A stretch of DNA of 64,000 nucleotides from a virus. Below the pieces are notes generated by a model. The model searched no databases and was not told where the DNA came from. It saw only the letters and a program-made list of their open reading frames with translations. Every line of letters begins with the position of its first letter. Positions within the stretch are counted from its first letter, which is position 1. The stretch is from positions 4,185 through 68,184 of IMG/VR virus record IMGVR_UViG_3300033571_014591; one strand, 5' to 3'. The translations under genes and the position numbers were made by a program. Shown one piece after another: positions 26,065-35,315 of the stretch.

Positions 26065-26921
26065 GCTTAACTGCCCTTGAAAAGCTGAAAAACGCCAACC
26101 TCGGTGTCCAAATGAAGGTCATCGAGGCCTCTTCCTACGATTGGGAGGCCTGGAACGGGCGATTACTCTGTTTTGAGCCCCCTGAACCCGGAGAAATCTA
26201 CGCCCTCGGTGTAGACCCCGCAGAAGGCGTCAGAATGGATCGTTCTGTCTGCCAAGTCATCAAAATGGGCAACCTCAAGCACCCAGACGTCCAAGTTGCC
26301 GAGTTTGCCTGCGATTACCTCGATCCGGTTGACTTTGGGGCAGTTGTTGATGCCATTGGACGCTTCTACTGCGACCCAGACGGTACAGAGGCCTTCCTGA
26401 CACTCGAAATCAACGCCCCCTGCGGCGATACCATGATGAGCGACCTTAGGTTCCGCCTCGACTACGGAAACCTTTACATTCGTCGTAGTTATGATAGAGT
26501 TAACTCTACCTATACCAACACATACGGCTGGAGCACCAATAAAGCCTCAAGGCCCAAATTAATCGCCAGAGGCCTTCATGCTTTAACCTACGGGGACTTA
26601 ATTATCAACTCCCCCTATCTGCTCGATGAAATGTCGGACTTCCGCCGTGACCGCTTTGACGAAAAGCCCGAAGCACGTGTTGGTCGCCATGATGACCGTC
26701 TTATGGCTCTACTCATCGCCTACTACGGGGCGCACGACGACGAATGGATCTCAGGCGAAGACATCGGAGAACAACGCCGAGCCGCAGAGAAGGCCGGTCA
26801 GGTTATTGAAGTGAAAGCAGCTGTAGCTGAGCCGGGGCGCAAGGTCAGCTATCAGAATCGACCCATTACAGCTCGTCAGGCCAACCAGGAATGGGAAGAT
26901 AACTTTTTCGGCGCAGATTAA
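26061..26921 (+). CDS. Terminase large subunit, nuclease domain (separate ORF)
   Basis: YALGVDPAEG, DRS, LEIN, GWST, HDDRLMA; ATGA overlap with its own GAGG RBS. Confidence 0.9.
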   Translation: MSLTALEKLKNANLGVQMKVIEASSYDWEAWNGRLLCFEPPEPGEIYALGVDPAEGVRMDRSVCQVIKMGNLKHPDVQVAEFACDYLDPVDFGAVVDAIGRFYCDPDGTEAFLTLEINAPCGDTMMSDLRFRLDYGNLYIRRSYDRVNSTYTNTYGWSTNKASRPKLIARGLHALTYGDLIINSPYLLDEMSDFRRDRFDEKPEARVGRHDDRLMALLIAYYGAHDDEWISGEDIGEQRRAAEKAGQVIEVKAAVAEPGRKVSYQNRPITARQANQEWEDNFFGAD

Positions 26922-26925
26922 TTGA

Positions 26926-27318
26926 TTGGAGAACCCTATGAAGGTAAACATTACGATGCCAGATTCGCTCTTTGAAGAATACGTAGTTAAGTTCGGCCTC
27001 CCCGCCGCCTATGCCCGTATGCGCGATGCCATTGAAGCCTACAAGGGGGTCAACAAGGACGACCGCACAGTGCTTCTAAGCGGCGACAACCGGCGTGCTC
27101 TTGAGAAGGTCTTCCAGACCACCATTGATAGCCCCGAGAAGCTCATCAAGCTGACTCAGAATATGAACACGGTTAAGCTCGGTAACATCGATATGGAGTT
27201 CTCCTCTGACCAGCTTGAACGACTCGCCGCCCAGGCAGGCTTCCACGGGCGCACTCTTGAGACCTACATGAGAGAAACCGTCGAAGAGCTAAAGCAGACC
27301 ATGCTGGAGCGGGTCTAA
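26926..27318 (+). CDS. Putative ribbon-helix-helix DNA-binding protein (start probably 26938)
   Basis: MKVNITMPDSLF and MEFSSDQLERL..QA...GRT...YM. Confidence 0.55.
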   Translation: MENPMKVNITMPDSLFEEYVVKFGLPAAYARMRDAIEAYKGVNKDDRTVLLSGDNRRALEKVFQTTIDSPEKLIKLTQNMNTVKLGNIDMEFSSDQLERLAAQAGFHGRTLETYMRETVEELKQTMLERV

Positions 27319-27326
27319 TCACGCTG

Positions 27327-27575
27327 GTGCCCAAAAAGCCCTGCCCCTGCGCCCAAATGAAACAAGAGTGGAAGGACAAGAAGATGGCCTCTACAGAGAA
27401 TCCTGAAACCCCTGCAGTTAGTTTCTACACAATCAGCTGCTTCTGTGGCCTTCGCCGGGTGCTTCCGGACGGCCTCCAGGTTGGCGATGAGTTCACGCTT
27501 ATCCCCTGCCCTCGCTGCGGTAACGCCCTAAAGGGTCGGCGCGAGGCTGAGGGCATCCGTGAAATCCTTGATTGA
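27327..27575 (+). CDS. Small zinc-ribbon protein
   Basis: CFCG ... CPRCG. Confidence 0.5.
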   Translation: MPKKPCPCAQMKQEWKDKKMASTENPETPAVSFYTISCFCGLRRVLPDGLQVGDEFTLIPCPRCGNALKGRREAEGIREILD

Positions 27576-27612
27576 TTCCCACCTGTTAACCCGCTTAATT
27601 TAAGAGTAGCTT

Positions 27613-27945
27613 ATGGCGACCTTTTGGAATCTTAACTGCCCGACCTGTGAAGACATTCACGAAAATGTCCAGTGCTCCATGTACGATATCCCGCGCTGCC
27701 CCACCTGTGGCGGTGAGCAGTTCCTCGCTCCCTCTGCTTCAGTTCGCAAGTCAGGCATCTTCCCCTTCATCGTGCCTCACGTGAACGGCAAGCCCATGGA
27801 GATCCGTGATATCACCCATCTCCGCCAAGTCGAGCGCGACTACGGTGTGGCCTTCTCTGCCTTCTCCAAGGCTAACATCAACGACACCGACCCCATGAAG
27901 GAAGTCCCACGCTACCGGGGTGAAGAATTCGAGCGCCGTCGATGA
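27613..27945 (+). CDS. FmdB-like zinc-ribbon protein
   Basis: MAT...CPTC...CPTCG; typical position just before the portal. Confidence 0.7.
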   Translation: MATFWNLNCPTCEDIHENVQCSMYDIPRCPTCGGEQFLAPSASVRKSGIFPFIVPHVNGKPMEIRDITHLRQVERDYGVAFSAFSKANINDTDPMKEVPRYRGEEFERRR

Positions 27946-28093
27946 CTGAATACCTCGTCAAGTGCAGTTGGCTCTCTACGTCATTCACCCTGAAGGTCTG
28001 GGCTACTGATGAAGCCCATGCCATCAAGCGTGCTTCACGTAATCCCCAAGCCCGTACAGCGCTCTCCTACAAAGTGATTGGATCCCGCTAATT

Positions 28094-30205
28094 ATGCCTG
28101 ATGTTTCATCGACCCTCGGCAATTTCAGCCCTCTTGAACCGGGCGGCAGTGGTGCCCCAGACGAGAACTACGAAAGTGGTGTCCTCAGCTGGCTCTATGA
28201 AGCCATCCAGGAGGGCGAAGGTATCATCAAGGACGAGCCTGCCTACGAGGAAATCGACCGCCACATCAACTACATCATGGGCGACCAGATCGACTGGAGA
28301 CGCCCCTCTGAGCTCTCGTCAGTTAACGACAACCGGCTAAAGTCGATCTTGAACCAAACCGTAGCCGCCCTCACCGACATCCACCCCCTCTTCGGGTTCA
28401 AGACCTATAATGCCAAGTTCAAGGATCAAGAAGATGTACTGGTTAAACTTTCACAGGCTTGGTGGGTCAATACATTCGCTGACCTCAAACTTGCAGATGT
28501 CATCAAATTTGCTGCAGGTGTGGGCACTGGATATTGCGAGGTTAGCTGGGATGCCTCTGCCGCCAACGGGGCTGGGGACATTACTCTGCGCCCTCTTGAC
28601 CCACGCGACGTGCTACCTATTCGGCCTAACCTCGGCGGATCAGTACAGGACTGGGAAGGCGTCATTATCCGGACTGCGAAGTCCCCAGGAGAGCTAAAGA
28701 CCCGCTTCCCCGACAAGGCCCACCGCATCGAAGCTGACAACCAGCCCTCAATTGTCGGGCGCACATGGAGCCGCGCTCGCAAGCTGATGTCGCACATTGT
28801 GTCCCCTTCAGCGGTAGACAATCTCAATGCCTCAAACGGGCGCAATCTGCCCCGTAAGATGCCAACCCTCGATCTCTACACAGTTTACCTGAAGGACCGC
28901 CGCCTTAGCACAGATGCTCAGCCTCGCATCATGGGCGACCCCCGCACCACATGGAGCTACACAGTCTACCCCACAGGCTGGACTCAGGTACCTGACGGCA
29001 CCGACTCCATGGGTAACCCCAAGTACCGCAAGGCCAACATCGAGGATTCCAAGCTCTACCCGCGTGGTCGCCTGATCATCGCCACCAAGAAGTGCATCCT
29101 CTACGACGGCCCTAACCCCTACTGGCACGGCATGTTCCCTGTCGCCAAGCTGTGCCTCGACCCGTGGCCGTGGAGCCTCCTCGGTCTAGGGCTGGTCCAC
29201 GACATCATTCCGCTCCAGGACGCCCTCAACGAGACCCTGAACGGCATCCTCGACCACGTCAGGAAGCTTCTGCGCCCTGCAGTCGTAGCCGACAAGAAGT
29301 CCGTAGCCTCCTCTGTGTGGGAGCGTATTGACACCCGCGTCCCCGGCATCAAGCTCAAGACCAATGCCTCAGCAGGCAAGGGCATCGAGTTTGTTTCACC
29401 TGAAGCCCTACCGCAGTACACCTTCGACATGCTCCAGTTCATCACTGGAGAAATGGACTACCAAGCCGGAACCGCTAACTTGGCTGCCCTCAGTCAGCTC
29501 AACCAAGTCCCCGGCGAGAACACCATTGAAAAGATGCAGGAAGCCCTCTCGCCAGTGCTGCGCCTCAAGGGCCGTCTCCTGGAGTTCTTCCTCCGGGAAA
29601 TCGGAGAAATGGTCAAGGCCAACTTCTTCCAGTTCTACAACATGCCCCGCCGAGTGTCCATGCTTGGCGACCAGGGCATTGTGTTTAACGACTTTGACTT
29701 CGACCCAGGTTCTCTGATCCCCTCCTACGGCAAGGACGACCCAGAATACATGTGGGAACTCGACAAGGCTCGCCCACGTGCAGACCGTGCCCAGTGGTAT
29801 CACAAGAACTTTACCTTCACCATTACGCCTAACAGCCTGCTGGCTATCAGCCAGATGACCCGCAAGCTCATGTACATGCAGCTACGCACCATGAGTCCAC
29901 CCCTCGTAGACAAGTGGACCCTGTGGGAAGTTCTTGAAGTCCCGAACGGCGGCACCCCGCCCAACGGTGAAAACACCATCGATCAGCGCTTGATGGCTGA
30001 ACAGATGGAAATGATGCAGGCTCAGATGGCTATGCAGCAGTCTGCCATGATGGGCGGTATGGGTATGGATCCCTCCATGGGCGGTGGTGCTCAGGAGGGT
30101 CGTCCACCAACCTACCAAGAATCGCCCTCAATGCAGCAGAAGTCAGATGAGAACGGTGTGCCTCGCCAGACCATCTCAGCATCGGGCAGCGGAGGCCCCA
30201 GCTAG
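28094..30205 (+). CDS. Portal protein (P22-like)
   Basis: 703 aa; GDQ, N.LK.I, GTGY, PYWHGMFP, GLGLVHDIIPLQD.LN, Q/M-rich tail; lies between terminase and capsid genes. Confidence 0.88.
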   Translation: MPDVSSTLGNFSPLEPGGSGAPDENYESGVLSWLYEAIQEGEGIIKDEPAYEEIDRHINYIMGDQIDWRRPSELSSVNDNRLKSILNQTVAALTDIHPLFGFKTYNAKFKDQEDVLVKLSQAWWVNTFADLKLADVIKFAAGVGTGYCEVSWDASAANGAGDITLRPLDPRDVLPIRPNLGGSVQDWEGVIIRTAKSPGELKTRFPDKAHRIEADNQPSIVGRTWSRARKLMSHIVSPSAVDNLNASNGRNLPRKMPTLDLYTVYLKDRRLSTDAQPRIMGDPRTTWSYTVYPTGWTQVPDGTDSMGNPKYRKANIEDSKLYPRGRLIIATKKCILYDGPNPYWHGMFPVAKLCLDPWPWSLLGLGLVHDIIPLQDALNETLNGILDHVRKLLRPAVVADKKSVASSVWERIDTRVPGIKLKTNASAGKGIEFVSPEALPQYTFDMLQFITGEMDYQAGTANLAALSQLNQVPGENTIEKMQEALSPVLRLKGRLLEFFLREIGEMVKANFFQFYNMPRRVSMLGDQGIVFNDFDFDPGSLIPSYGKDDPEYMWELDKARPRADRAQWYHKNFTFTITPNSLLAISQMTRKLMYMQLRTMSPPLVDKWTLWEVLEVPNGGTPPNGENTIDQRLMAEQMEMMQAQMAMQQSAMMGGMGMDPSMGGGAQEGRPPTYQESPSMQQKSDENGVPRQTISASGSGGPS

Positions 30206-30211
30206 CAGCTA

Positions 30212-31234
30212 ATGCCACCAAAACCTACTAACGCCTTTGGCCAACAGCTTCCTCTCAGCGAAGACCAAGATTACCTCGGGAAGGCCATTCAGGGCTTTCT
30301 CGGGGCAATCGGTTTAGGTGACGACGGAGGTAGCACTACAACTCCCTCACCACTTCAGCGATCCAATCGCGGAGGTCAACTAGTAGGATCAGTTCCCGGA
30401 GAAGTTCTTAAGGGATTAGGCGCCACTAAAGCAATTCCTGGGTTGGCTGTCACTGCGGTTCCTCCTGAATATTTAGCTAAGCTGCGCTATAGAGGAACTC
30501 AATTGATGCAAAAGCTTTTGGCATCGGGGGCTCTTGAAGAGCGGTCGATTGGGATGAATATTAAGAAGAAGCCGGGACTGGTTCAGCGTATTACAGGAGC
30601 TACACCTGAATTAGCAACTGTAGATGCCCATCCTGAGCTACTAGATGCTTTAAACTATGCACGTCAGCGATATCCTCGACTGTTTGCCCATAATATGGAC
30701 ATTACAGACATTGACGCATTTACTAAATTAACCGGGGCTGGAACAACAATCGGTTCCAGTGGTAAAGCAACAATACCTAATGTTGTAAATGATAATTCCC
30801 GTCTGCGAGAACCTAAAATCCCCGGGATTGGTGCAACTCCGTTCAGTAACATCCCCCCAACAGATATTCCTGTATTGCCACACAAGAAGGAAAATTTATC
30901 AAATCTATCGTTTAATCCACCTGCAATGCGTAATCAAGCAAGCGGCCCGTATCAAGACCTACGCCCCGGACAATATCAGTATCCTCAAGGTAGGCCTGCT
31001 GCAGACGTGGTTGGCCATGAAATGCTTCACTCGGCAGATCGTCTAACGTGGGGTAACGATTACTTAAATGATCTATATGAATACTCTAATAAGACATTTG
31101 GGTATAACAACAATGCACAGGAGATCCGTGCTCGCCTACAGGGAGGGGAATTTAATCGCCAATACCAAGAATGGGTTAAAGCAGGGCGACCTCAGACTAA
31201 ATATAAATTAAGTAAATCTAACCCCAAGAGATAA
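30212..31234 (+). CDS. Protein with C-terminal zincin metallopeptidase-like domain
   Basis: GHEMLH ... Y.N...EIRAR. Confidence 0.6.
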   Translation: MPPKPTNAFGQQLPLSEDQDYLGKAIQGFLGAIGLGDDGGSTTTPSPLQRSNRGGQLVGSVPGEVLKGLGATKAIPGLAVTAVPPEYLAKLRYRGTQLMQKLLASGALEERSIGMNIKKKPGLVQRITGATPELATVDAHPELLDALNYARQRYPRLFAHNMDITDIDAFTKLTGAGTTIGSSGKATIPNVVNDNSRLREPKIPGIGATPFSNIPPTDIPVLPHKKENLSNLSFNPPAMRNQASGPYQDLRPGQYQYPQGRPAADVVGHEMLHSADRLTWGNDYLNDLYEYSNKTFGYNNNAQEIRARLQGGEFNRQYQEWVKAGRPQTKYKLSKSNPKR

Positions 31235-31397
31235 TTGACGTAATCCTCAAACTTAAAGGACACTGGTGCTAGATGCAAACGGTAAACTCAATTCTCAACG
31301 ACTTAGATGAGCATTGGTATAAGCCACAAGATTACGTAGCAAATAGAGAGCGAAAGACAACCCTACCCGACTAATGAAAGCAGCTGAGTATTTAAAT

Positions 31398-31532
31398 ATG
31401 GCATCAATCAAGTCAGGCCAGAAATCAAACGACAACTTCACTACGTTGCCCACAAAGCCAACCGGCGATAAAACCCAGGGCAGCATGAAGATTGACCTTC
31501 CGACCTCATCGAAGTACGGAAAAGGTAACTAA
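31398..31532 (+). CDS. 44-aa hypothetical protein
   Basis: Hand-translated MASIKSGQKSND...KYGKGN. Confidence 0.45.
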   Translation: MASIKSGQKSNDNFTTLPTKPTGDKTQGSMKIDLPTSSKYGKGN

Positions 31533-31537
31533 CTCCC

Positions 31538-31687
31538 GTGCCCAAGCAATACGAGAAGATCCGCGACACCTATATTGCTAAGGGCAAGTCCGAGAAGGAC
31601 GCCAAAACCATCGCAGCAAAGACCTTCATTGCTCGCGGTAAGGGCGGCAACCGCTCAAAACGTGCAAAAGCACTTCACAAGGATTAA
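31538..31687 (+). CDS. Small basic ChaB-like protein
   Basis: Hand-translated MPKQYEKIRD...GKSEKDAKTIAAKT. Confidence 0.55.
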   Translation: MPKQYEKIRDTYIAKGKSEKDAKTIAAKTFIARGKGGNRSKRAKALHKD

Positions 31688-31691
31688 TACT

Positions 31692-31763
31692 ATGGCAACT
31701 GAACCGATCACAAGCACCCCCTTCAAGGACGCAATCCAGAGCTGCATCGGGAAGAAGAAGTAA
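31692..31763 (+). CDS. 23-aa peptide with PFKDAI motif
   Basis: MATEPITSTPFKDAIQSCIGKKK; AAGGA RBS. Confidence 0.5.
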   Translation: MATEPITSTPFKDAIQSCIGKKK

Positions 31764-32123
31764 ATGCCCGTATTAGGCGTTCCTCCTCTCCCGTCCAGCA
31801 TGCAGGGTGCAGCGGCTCCTGGTGGCGGTGGTCAGCCCTCAATGATGCAGTTAGCTGGCATGGGCGGCGGCACTCCGGGTATGCAGCCCGGTCAGTCATC
31901 CGGCATGAGCCAGATCTCCGAATCCGCTGTCCGTATGGGCAGTGAAATCGACCAAGCCCTCAAGATGCTAGCGCAGGCAATCCCTCAGCTAGCTCCGTGG
32001 GTGGAAAAGACCGTGTTTGAGCTGCGGTTCCAGATTGGTACAGCTCTACAGGGCGGCGGGGTTCCAACTAACCCAACCCCAGTGGATAACGAGTCGATGC
32101 CAGACGGATCTGGGCGACTGTAA
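31764..32123 (+). CDS. Pro/Gly/Met-rich head-assembly region protein
   Basis: Track ORF located between portal and scaffold. Confidence 0.65.
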   Translation: MPVLGVPPLPSSMQGAAAPGGGGQPSMMQLAGMGGGTPGMQPGQSSGMSQISESAVRMGSEIDQALKMLAQAIPQLAPWVEKTVFELRFQIGTALQGGGVPTNPTPVDNESMPDGSGRL

Positions 32124-32255
32124 ATTTAACACGTGTACGACCGCATCGCTCCAGTGGCGGCAAACTACAGGAGTTTCAAGAGGAGACACAAGGCTAGCGT
32201 TAGGCAATCCAGCTTAACAGGTCAACTGTCAAATTAGCTGAAAGAGACAACAACT

Positions 32256-33017
32256 ATGGCCAAGAAGAACGATGCCGCGTATGAATCATTTCTAGCCGAC
32301 CTGAAGGCACTTAACCCTCAGATCGAGGAAATCCTGAAAGACGATAAGGTATCGACCAAGATTCGTGAAGGCGTCCTAGCCCGAGCCGACTACAGCTCGC
32401 ACATGGACACACTCCGTGCAGAGCGCGAGGCATTCGCGTCAGAGGTTCAGGAAGCACGCCAGAAGATCTCGGGATGGCAGAACTGGTACGGTCAGGCAAC
32501 AGAAGAGGTCGCAAACGTACAGAGCCGACTGCAGCAGTATGAAAGCTTATACGGACCAATTGAATCCGCAGACAAGAGGGAAGCAGCAAAAGTTATGGGT
32601 ATCTCAAAGGAAGAAATGGATCGCGCACTAGAAGATCGCATGAACCAGCGAGACATTGCTGCCCTGAAGTTTGCGGACGACCTGACCGACATCAAGATGG
32701 ATTATCGTGACCGATTCAAGGACAAACTAGACACGACAGCAGTTTTCAAGCTTGCCGGTGAACGCGGCGTAGACCTGAACACTGCCTATAACTTGCACAT
32801 TGCAGACCGACTCGAAGAAGTTCGTAACAAGGACGTCGAGGAACGCATCAAGCAGGCACGTGAGGAGGCCGTATCCGAATACGCTTCTAAGCACAATCTG
32901 CCCGTGGTTCCATCCAGTAACGACATCGTTCACGTGCTGGACGCCAAAGATGTCCCTGCTACACAGAGGGATCGGGTTGCAGCCGCAGTTGCCGCAATGA
33001 ATGCGGGACGACGGTAA
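32256..33017 (+). CDS. Capsid scaffolding protein
   Basis: Coiled-coil, ADYS motif, directly before the major capsid gene. Confidence 0.75.
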   Translation: MAKKNDAAYESFLADLKALNPQIEEILKDDKVSTKIREGVLARADYSSHMDTLRAEREAFASEVQEARQKISGWQNWYGQATEEVANVQSRLQQYESLYGPIESADKREAAKVMGISKEEMDRALEDRMNQRDIAALKFADDLTDIKMDYRDRFKDKLDTTAVFKLAGERGVDLNTAYNLHIADRLEEVRNKDVEERIKQAREEAVSEYASKHNLPVVPSSNDIVHVLDAKDVPATQRDRVAAAVAAMNAGRR

Positions 33018-33042
33018 TAACCCCCAAAGGAGCTAATCAACT

Positions 33043-34089
33043 ATGGCAGGACTCACAGGGTTCTTAGACGAACTCAATACATCTACACAGCGTTTCATCG
33101 TTCCGGGCATCATTGACAACGTCTTCAAGAATGACCCGCTACTCGCCTACATGAAGAAGAACAACCTGGAGAAGTTCCCAGGCGGTACTCAGATTCAGGA
33201 GAACCTCGTCTATGCAGCCCTGCCAAACGGCGGTGCCTACGCGGACGGCGATACCTCGACCATCGACATCGTCCAGACAGAAACCGGCGCGACCTTCCTG
33301 CCAAAGAACTACTGGGTTCCAGTAGGTATCAGCAAGAACCAGGCGCAGGTCTTCAACAAGGGCCCAGAAGCGGTCTTCCGTCTCGTAGATTCCCGCCTCC
33401 AGAACGCTGCCCTCACCATGTCGGCCATTCTTGCCATCGCCCTCTACAACGAGGGTCAGAGCGCAGGCCGCGCACTGCAGCTAAACGGTCTTGCTGAAAT
33501 GCTGAACGACGGCACCAACAACAGCTGGAACGGCTCGACCTACACCACCTACGGTACCCTAACTCGTAACGGCACGATTGGCGCTGCCCTCAACAGCCCA
33601 ATGACTGGCCCGACCTCAAACGTCAACGGCCCCATCACCTACAAGATCCTCGAGGAAGCCTATAACTCCGTCGTTATCGGTGACGAGTATCCCAACCTGA
33701 TGGTTACAACCAACCTTGGCATGAGCTACATCAAGGAGAAGTTCCAGCCCCAGTGGCGTGTTGAGACCCAGGATCCCAAGATTGGCTTCAACGGCGTGAA
33801 GTTCAACCAGGCGATGGTCATCCAGTCGCAGTATGCTCCCGGTACTGTTGCTCCCTCCGACGCGACCAAGCTCGGTTGGACCACAGTAACTGCGGGTGAG
33901 TCACTGTTCTATCTCAACACCAAATACTTCCGCATGTATGTCACTGATGACCCAGAGTTCGGCTTTGGCTTCACTGGCTTCAAGCCTGCCCAGGACACAC
34001 TCGTTGTGGCTGGTCAGTATCTCTTCACCGGCAACGTAACCTGCCAGTCGCCACGACTGAACAAGCAGCTCTTTGCTATCACTGGCTAA
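33043..34089 (+). CDS. Major capsid protein (HK97 fold)
   Basis: 348 aa; IIDNVF..DPLL, GGTQI, LNGL; AAGGAG RBS; strong codon bias; followed by a terminator. Confidence 0.9.
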   Translation: MAGLTGFLDELNTSTQRFIVPGIIDNVFKNDPLLAYMKKNNLEKFPGGTQIQENLVYAALPNGGAYADGDTSTIDIVQTETGATFLPKNYWVPVGISKNQAQVFNKGPEAVFRLVDSRLQNAALTMSAILAIALYNEGQSAGRALQLNGLAEMLNDGTNNSWNGSTYTTYGTLTRNGTIGAALNSPMTGPTSNVNGPITYKILEEAYNSVVIGDEYPNLMVTTNLGMSYIKEKFQPQWRVETQDPKIGFNGVKFNQAMVIQSQYAPGTVAPSDATKLGWTTVTAGESLFYLNTKYFRMYVTDDPEFGFGFTGFKPAQDTLVVAGQYLFTGNVTCQSPRLNKQLFAITG

Positions 34090-34106
34090 TTAATTATTGG
34101 CAAATC

Positions 34107-34144
34107 GGTAGGGGCTTGGGATTCACCTGAGCCCCCGCCTTTTC
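34107..34144 (+). terminator. Rho-independent terminator after the major capsid gene
   Basis: GGGGCTTGGG/CCTGAGCCCC stem, then TTTT. Confidence 0.65.
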
Positions 34145-34165
34145 ACCTTTAAAGGAGAATCACAT

Positions 34166-34702
34166 ATGGCAGGCGTTTCAGGTCGTTTCTTCCCGATGGT
34201 TGGAGTATCACTTGGTGAGTTCCAGTCCTTCGACACATTCAATGCTTCTGCGCTCTCAAACGCAGGCATCCCCCCTTATGCGGGTCAGCTTGGCCAGGTC
34301 TTTGAAAAGAACGGCAAAGTCTACCGCATGGTGCAGTTTGACAACGGCACAGGCAACGTCGCCGCAGCCGCTGGCGGTGTAGCGCACTGGAAGACCCGTG
34401 CGAGCTACATTGTCACGTCAGACCAGACTGATGCCGAAGCCTCGCTCAACGGCGTAGCTGGCGGCTTCCTCATGGCGGTAACCGACCAGTATTACTGCTT
34501 CGTGCAGCTTGGCGGTGTTCAGGCCGTTACTGTGGACACCACAGCGACTGCCGGTACTGCGCTCATTGCGTCAACCACAGACCTTACCTTGGTAGCGACC
34601 ACGACCAACACCAAGGGTAATCAGCTCATTTACGCAATCAGCTACGGCACCAATAGCACCACATCCGCCAACGCCTATTGGGTATTCGGTAACCTTCTGT
34701 AA
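34166..34702 (+). CDS. Putative capsid decoration/cement protein
   Basis: GQLGQ...GKVYRMVQ and YCFVQ..G beta-tulip-like pattern; directly after the major capsid gene. Confidence 0.7.
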   Translation: MAGVSGRFFPMVGVSLGEFQSFDTFNASALSNAGIPPYAGQLGQVFEKNGKVYRMVQFDNGTGNVAAAAGGVAHWKTRASYIVTSDQTDAEASLNGVAGGFLMAVTDQYYCFVQLGGVQAVTVDTTATAGTALIASTTDLTLVATTTNTKGNQLIYAISYGTNSTTSANAYWVFGNLL

Positions 34703-34763
34703 TCCATCTTGGCAGGGGCAGGCGGGATAAACTCCGTCTGCTCCCACCTTAAGGAGACTTCAC

Positions 34764-35246
34764 ATGGCCTCAACTATTACTCTCTCTGGCGACTGGCTTG
34801 TTTCGCTCGGCAGTGCAATGCAGACCTCGGGCACGGGTAACCTCGGTACCTATGCTACAGGCGGTATTGCTGTCTCGGCTCAGCAGGTAGGCCTCGGCGT
34901 CATCAAGTCGATGGTGATTGATCCTGCAGGCGGCTACACCTTTGAATGGGTAGCTTCGACAGGAAAGATCAAGGCGTATTACGGGAACGGCGGCCTTGTC
35001 GCCCACTCGCACGACCTCAAGATCATCGGCGGTCAGGCAGCTACAACTACTAACGAGCTTGGTTACTACGCCACTGACATCCTCGGTAAGGAAGCTGCGA
35101 CAGACACAACCATCGCTGGTGCAGATTCTGCAACCAAGGGCGGCGTCGTTGCAGTGTCAGCTGGATCGGCTGCTGCAGGTACAGAAGTCACTACAGCCAC
35201 ATCACTTAGCGGTGTGACCTTTAACTGGAGAGCCATCGGCATCTAA
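34764..35246 (+). CDS. Putative capsid-associated structural protein
   Basis: YATGG...LG, KIKAY, EV....LS...AIG pattern; AAGGAG RBS. Confidence 0.65.
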   Translation: MASTITLSGDWLVSLGSAMQTSGTGNLGTYATGGIAVSAQQVGLGVIKSMVIDPAGGYTFEWVASTGKIKAYYGNGGLVAHSHDLKIIGGQAATTTNELGYYATDILGKEAATDTTIAGADSATKGGVVAVSAGSAAAGTEVTTATSLSGVTFNWRAIGI

Positions 35247-35270
35247 GTTATACTAGGCACTAAAGTCACT

Positions 35271-35302
35271 CGGGGCCAAGGAGTAATCTTTGGCCTCGTT
35301 TT
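35271..35302 (+). terminator. Rho-independent terminator
   Basis: CGGGGCCAAGG-loop-CTTTGGCCTCG-TTTT. Confidence 0.7.
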
Positions 35303-35315
35303 ATAAGGGAGCTTT

